From positions 1 to 58,784 of the forward strand of contig JAFURS010000016.1 of NCBI GenBank assembly GCA_017471805.1: DNA of 58,784 nt. Direction: 5' to 3'. A program made the position numbers and the translations under genes. The notes below the pieces were generated by a model, which worked only from the letters and a program-made list of their open reading frames with translations, was not told the origin of the DNA and did no database searches. This document shows, in pieces, positions 55,091-58,784 of the stretch. Source of the stretch: Alphaproteobacteria bacterium. GTDB lineage: Bacteria > Pseudomonadota > Alphaproteobacteria > Rs-D84. Positions within the stretch are counted from its first letter, which is position 1; each line of letters opens with the position of its first letter.

Positions 55091-55119
55091 TTGCAAAATA
55101 ATCCGTGGGTGGTTATAAT
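55091..55119 (+). promoter_or_regulatory. Predicted promoter of tRNA-Ser(CGA)
   Basis: TTGCAA-N17-TATAAT, ending 9 nt before the tRNA 5' end. Confidence 0.6.
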
Positions 55120-55128
55120 GCGTGTCAC

Positions 55129-55219
55129 GGAGACGTGGCAGAGCGGTTGAATGCGCGCGACTCGAAATCGTGTATACGGCAACCCCGTATCAAGGGTTCA
55201 AATCCCTTCGTCTCCGCCA
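55129..55219 (+). tRNA. tRNA-Ser (anticodon CGA), CCA encoded
   Basis: GGAGACG...CGCGA-CTCGAAA-TCGTG, long variable arm, AAGGG-TTCAAAT-CCCTT-CGTCTCC-G-CCA; 91 nt. Confidence 0.95.
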
Positions 55220-55290
55220 TCCGCTTTCGCTGACGCTACAGCGAGATAAATCCGTTTTCGCTGACGATGTTGCAAGATGGTCAAGAATTA

Positions 55291-55316
55291 AACCCGCCAA
55301 TCGGCGGGTGTTTTTT
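55291..55316 (+). terminator. Rho-independent terminator downstream of tRNA-Ser(CGA)
   Basis: ACCCGCC-AATC-GGCGGGT-G-TTTTTT. Confidence 0.8.
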
Positions 55317-55382
55317 GTATCTACATATTCTTATTTTAGTGCTTTTATGTAATAAATGGTGCTGTAAATGTGAAAATGATAC

Positions 55383-58300
55383 TTAGTCAGTTTTTATAGC
55401 CTTAATTACATAATATTTACCACTTTCTGTTTCAAAAGGCCGGAAATACCCCGTTTGTGTAAATTGTTTTATATATGTTTGTGTAGATGGAGTATTGGAG
55501 TCGATAAATATTGCAATATCTTTGTTTGAATCGAATAAATCGGACAGCAATTTTTTTACATCATACCCACTTGATTGATAGTATAGAATTTGCTTAGTTT
55601 TATAATCATACACTTGTATTGGTTTTGCCCCCCTTAGTGCATCTAGAAGTGCGTCTGCTGTGCCGTCAGAATTCAAAATTTCTGTGTATGCACCAATTTT
55701 CCAAGAACTTTGTTCCGTTGGTTTTGCACGATAAGCATCGTATTCGTTACCAAAAAATGGTTGACTAGAGTGCTGTAATTGACCACCAACTGCGCCGCTA
55801 TTTGGATTCATATAATCTATTGCGTGACTGGTTTCGTGTGAAAGAGTGTTTATAAAATGATCAAATTCTTGTTGTTGAGAGAAATCGATTGCAATAACAT
55901 GCTCATCTCCGCTATAAAAACCACCCGTGCCGGCCGGCTGTTTGAAATCGTATACAGGAGGATGATTTTTATGTATCCCGTTTTTTTTCATCAACGCAAC
56001 AGCCAATTCGTTTGCATATTCTTCTTTTTCATTAATGCTTAGATTTTTCCAATTAGCTTTTTTTGCTAACAATGATTGGTCTTGATCTATGATTTCTTTC
56101 ATTTGTTTTGCACGTAACAAGGCAACCCGATCTGTGGCATTATCTGATACATATGCCCCCATCTGTCTTAGAATGTTGTCATCAGCTTGTTGTTGTATTT
56201 TTTTGGATTCAGTGTCCAATATTTTTAATGATTCATCCACTGAAATATTTGGGTCATTTAACAAATCTTGCGAAACTTTATTTTTTTGTAGATTGCTGAT
56301 ATTGTTTTCGATGTCTATAGTGTTTTTAAGCCCTTTGTTTTGCTCTACTCTCCAAGTTGTATAGGAACCGAAGGAAATCCCCTCGTCTTGAATTTGCATT
56401 ATTGCATCTTGCTTTTGCATTAAATGCATCAACTCTCTATGTTCTGTTACATATACGTGAGTTCCTTTTTCGTCTAAACGCCCAGCGTTTTGGTAGTAAT
56501 ATATTGCATCTGGGTGTTTTTTTAGGTATTCATCTATTTGGTTTTGAGTTTTAACAAATGCCAAATCTGGTTCGGCGGCTTCGTCCCATGAAACCCAGCC
56601 TTTTACTTGATCCTGCATTTTTGCCAAATCGCCATCGGTAATTTCTTTGAATTCTTCAATTGAATCATGATTGCGAACACCGTATTTTTCAAATAATTCT
56701 TGCCACGCAGCATCTGTGTCAGATACAAAGTTAGTGTTTTTTTTCATGGCCTCAACAGTGTCCAGAATTGCAAATTTTTGTTTTAGCTCTAATCTGGTAC
56801 CTGATAGAGTACCTTCTATTGCGCGTTCTACGCTATCAACTGCTGCGGTCAACTTGTTTTTTATGGCGGTGGTGCTTTTTGCTATGCGGCTGGATTTTGA
56901 GATTGCCCATTTGGTAATACCAGTGACCAGAGACGCCAGTTGCAGGCCAATACCTACCGCACGCCAGACCTGTTCCGGTTCCCAGGAATCAAAATCAAAG
57001 AACCCCAGTTTATTATCAGCCATATCCGTGCCATTTACCAACATTGTTGCCCAGATGTCGTCATCGTCGGGTATCAGGTTCGCCAGGCGGGCAAGTTCGC
57101 TGTCAACTGCATCAGCCTCGGCCGGGGTCATATCGTTTTGCAGATTTGCCATACGTTGCAGGTTTTGCGACAACATCTCTTTGGCACAGGTTGCGTCGTG
57201 ACATTTATTACTTTCAACCAAGAAATTGTCTGCAATGCCGTTGATTTTTAATTGTTGGTTTAGTTCAATAACACCACCAATGGTTTCAAGGCTTGTAAAA
57301 ACAATTGCAGTCGTTTGTGCTGTGGTTGCTGTGCCAGTGGCAACGGCACCTGCGGCAGCAGCGGTTGCGGCAAATCCACCGAAACTTGCAACGGTAATGA
57401 CAACGCCTGCGATTACGCCGCCGGCGATTAGTGTGATATTTACACCTTTCTGCAGGTTTTGTGCATCTGCAGATGATGGCAATATGCAACTTTCTGTATC
57501 CTTATCCCACCTTGCGGCCTTGCATTCTGGGCATTCGGTCAAATTAGATTGGCGCAGGATATTGCACTGTTGTTCGCCCAGGCCGATACAACGTTCGCCA
57601 CTGTATGTGCCACCGGTTACGATACAAGACATACCCTGAACACCACCCTGGGCCGTCTTTTTCCATTTTTCGTTTATATCATCAAATACAAAGTCTATTT
57701 GATTGTCGCCAACATAGCACGTTTTTATGTCGTCTTTGAAATCAGTTATGCCGTCCCGTGTGCAACCGGTGCCAGTGTATGTCTTGAACCCAGAATCACA
57801 TTTCACAGACGTTTCCGACACACCCGCACGGTCCGCCACATATTGCTTCAAATACGTTTCAACATTTGGCGTGTTGGAAACCTGAATCCCGTGACAGAAT
57901 ACAAAATTATCTATGTCATATGCGGTTTTCAATTCTTCACGTTTGTATATGGTATTAAAATCTATTTCGCATTTATTGTTTTTGTATCTGGTGATATAGC
58001 CGAATTTGGCCATAGATTGGTTTATTTTTGCACATTTTGCACTATCTGCCGCACAAGAGGCAGACCAGCATGTGGTGGTGCCACTGACATTTGTGCCGCC
58101 GCCCGCACAGCCGGCTGTGGTTGGTTTTGCATTATACATACGACAGATTGCGGTTTGTATGCTGTCTTGGATTATTTTATCCTTTGGTTCTTCCAGGTCA
58201 TCAAACACAAATTCATAGTATGTGTTTTGCTTATATGATGTGCACATAAGTTTATAATCAAGGATACCTTTGTCAAAATCACTTTTGCACAAAACCGACG

Positions 58301-58751
58301 AATCGTTGTGTTTCAGGCGTGCGTATTCCTGGGCCAATGTTTGACCTGGGGTCAAATTAACCTGGGTTCCGCCATAGATTTTGTTTGTAAAGAAATCATC
58401 AACGCAGACATAACTTGATTTGCCCTTGTATTTTTTGTCACAGGCAGGATAAAACGAAACACTGGCCCGTGATAACAGTTCAGTTGCGAACTGTTCACAT
58501 TGTAACTTGCCGGATTCGGATGAAATATCCCAACCAGCGACCTTGCAAATATCCCATAACGCCCGGGCAGAAATACCGGCGCCATTGGCGGCCGTTAATA
58601 ATTTATTATATTCGCTAATTACCGCCGTATTTCTGTCTGCTGGGACAAATTCTTGGACCGTTGATATTACCGCATCCGCAGGAATCATAACGTTTGCAAC
58701 AGACGGCCAACACAAGAACAATGATAAAAATGCGCAAATTATTTTTCTCAT
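55383..58751 (-). CDS. Large Cys-rich membrane protein with C-terminal HExxH (zincin-like) motif (1122 aa)
   Basis: Signal peptide MRKIICAFLSLFLCWPSVANV. About 440-aa Cys-rich N-terminal region. Ala/Gly/Thr-rich hydrophobic block (LIAGGVIAGVVITVASFGGFAATAAAAGAVATG) and a second hydrophobic segment. TLSHETSHAIDY near the C-terminus. Confidence 0.8.
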   Translation of the reverse strand: MRKIICAFLSLFLCWPSVANVMIPADAVISTVQEFVPADRNTAVISEYNKLLTAANGAGISARALWDICKVAGWDISSESGKLQCEQFATELLSRASVSFYPACDKKYKGKSSYVCVDDFFTNKIYGGTQVNLTPGQTLAQEYARLKHNDSSVLCKSDFDKGILDYKLMCTSYKQNTYYEFVFDDLEEPKDKIIQDSIQTAICRMYNAKPTTAGCAGGGTNVSGTTTCWSASCAADSAKCAKINQSMAKFGYITRYKNNKCEIDFNTIYKREELKTAYDIDNFVFCHGIQVSNTPNVETYLKQYVADRAGVSETSVKCDSGFKTYTGTGCTRDGITDFKDDIKTCYVGDNQIDFVFDDINEKWKKTAQGGVQGMSCIVTGGTYSGERCIGLGEQQCNILRQSNLTECPECKAARWDKDTESCILPSSADAQNLQKGVNITLIAGGVIAGVVITVASFGGFAATAAAAGAVATGTATTAQTTAIVFTSLETIGGVIELNQQLKINGIADNFLVESNKCHDATCAKEMLSQNLQRMANLQNDMTPAEADAVDSELARLANLIPDDDDIWATMLVNGTDMADNKLGFFDFDSWEPEQVWRAVGIGLQLASLVTGITKWAISKSSRIAKSTTAIKNKLTAAVDSVERAIEGTLSGTRLELKQKFAILDTVEAMKKNTNFVSDTDAAWQELFEKYGVRNHDSIEEFKEITDGDLAKMQDQVKGWVSWDEAAEPDLAFVKTQNQIDEYLKKHPDAIYYYQNAGRLDEKGTHVYVTEHRELMHLMQKQDAIMQIQDEGISFGSYTTWRVEQNKGLKNTIDIENNISNLQKNKVSQDLLNDPNISVDESLKILDTESKKIQQQADDNILRQMGAYVSDNATDRVALLRAKQMKEIIDQDQSLLAKKANWKNLSINEKEEYANELAVALMKKNGIHKNHPPVYDFKQPAGTGGFYSGDEHVIAIDFSQQQEFDHFINTLSHETSHAIDYMNPNSGAVGGQLQHSSQPFFGNEYDAYRAKPTEQSSWKIGAYTEILNSDGTADALLDALRGAKPIQVYDYKTKQILYYQSSGYDVKKLLSDLFDSNKDIAIFIDSNTPSTQTYIKQFTQTGYFRPFETESGKYYVIKAIKTD

Positions 58752-58784
58752 TTTGACGGCACCCCCGGCAAAATGTTTTTCGCA

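Noticed and set aside
55219-55275. Short direct repeat TCCG(C/T)TTTCGCTGACG after tRNA-Ser(CGA), with a faint resemblance to CTTTCGCTACG in the tRNA-Gly insert
   Set aside because: It is only about 15 nt, has the opposite orientation relative to the tRNA, and there is no copy of the tRNA 3' end. That is too weak to claim membership of the tRNA-associated element family.
1-58784. CRISPR arrays, prophage or integrase/transposase genes, rRNA operons, reverse transcriptase or DGR elements
   Set aside because: No evenly spaced short-repeat array, no recombinase or transposase-like ORF, and no rRNA-like sequence was seen on either strand.

Overview
This 58.8-kb chromosomal window is most consistent with a moderately AT-rich alphaproteobacterium. 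Evidence: DUF1013 and DUF2155 proteins, an alphaproteobacterial-type AddA helicase, an IHF-beta gene and a CTTG-N18-CTATAT RpoH-like promoter before dnaK. The backbone is housekeeping: gpmI, tadA, rsmD, rplY, dnaK, pfk, rpsP-rimM-trmD-rplS, tsaD, xseA, recN, addA, rpoD, cysS, a fused accD-accA, ihfB, a peroxiredoxin, an ATL/MGMT-like gene and three tRNAs. Accessory material interrupts it: (1) a 10.9-kb gene for a 3627-aa secreted repeat protein; (2) a ~3.7-kb defence islet at 26.2-30.0 kb, holding a polyvalent-protein-like orphan ORF and a beta-class DNA methyltransferase convergent with a three-gene operon (AbiEii/MenT-like nucleotidyltransferase, small metallophosphoesterase, PD-ExK endonuclease); (3) an AT-rich MmeI-family Type IIL R-M gene wedged between xseA and recN; (4) a 1122-aa Cys-rich membrane protein with an HExxH motif; (5) mosaic REP-like repeats plus a GIY-YIG mini-cassette; (6) short insertions behind two tRNA genes, each ending in a copy of that tRNA's 3' end. 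The best candidate for an undescribed system is the antitoxin-less nucleotidyltransferase + metallophosphoesterase (+ endonuclease) operon at 27.85-29.97 kb. A recurring signal is a near-consensus promoter whose -10 box ends exactly 7 nt before the ATG at seven or more genes, predicting leaderless mRNAs. All functional calls come from motif recognition by eye; no database search was run.
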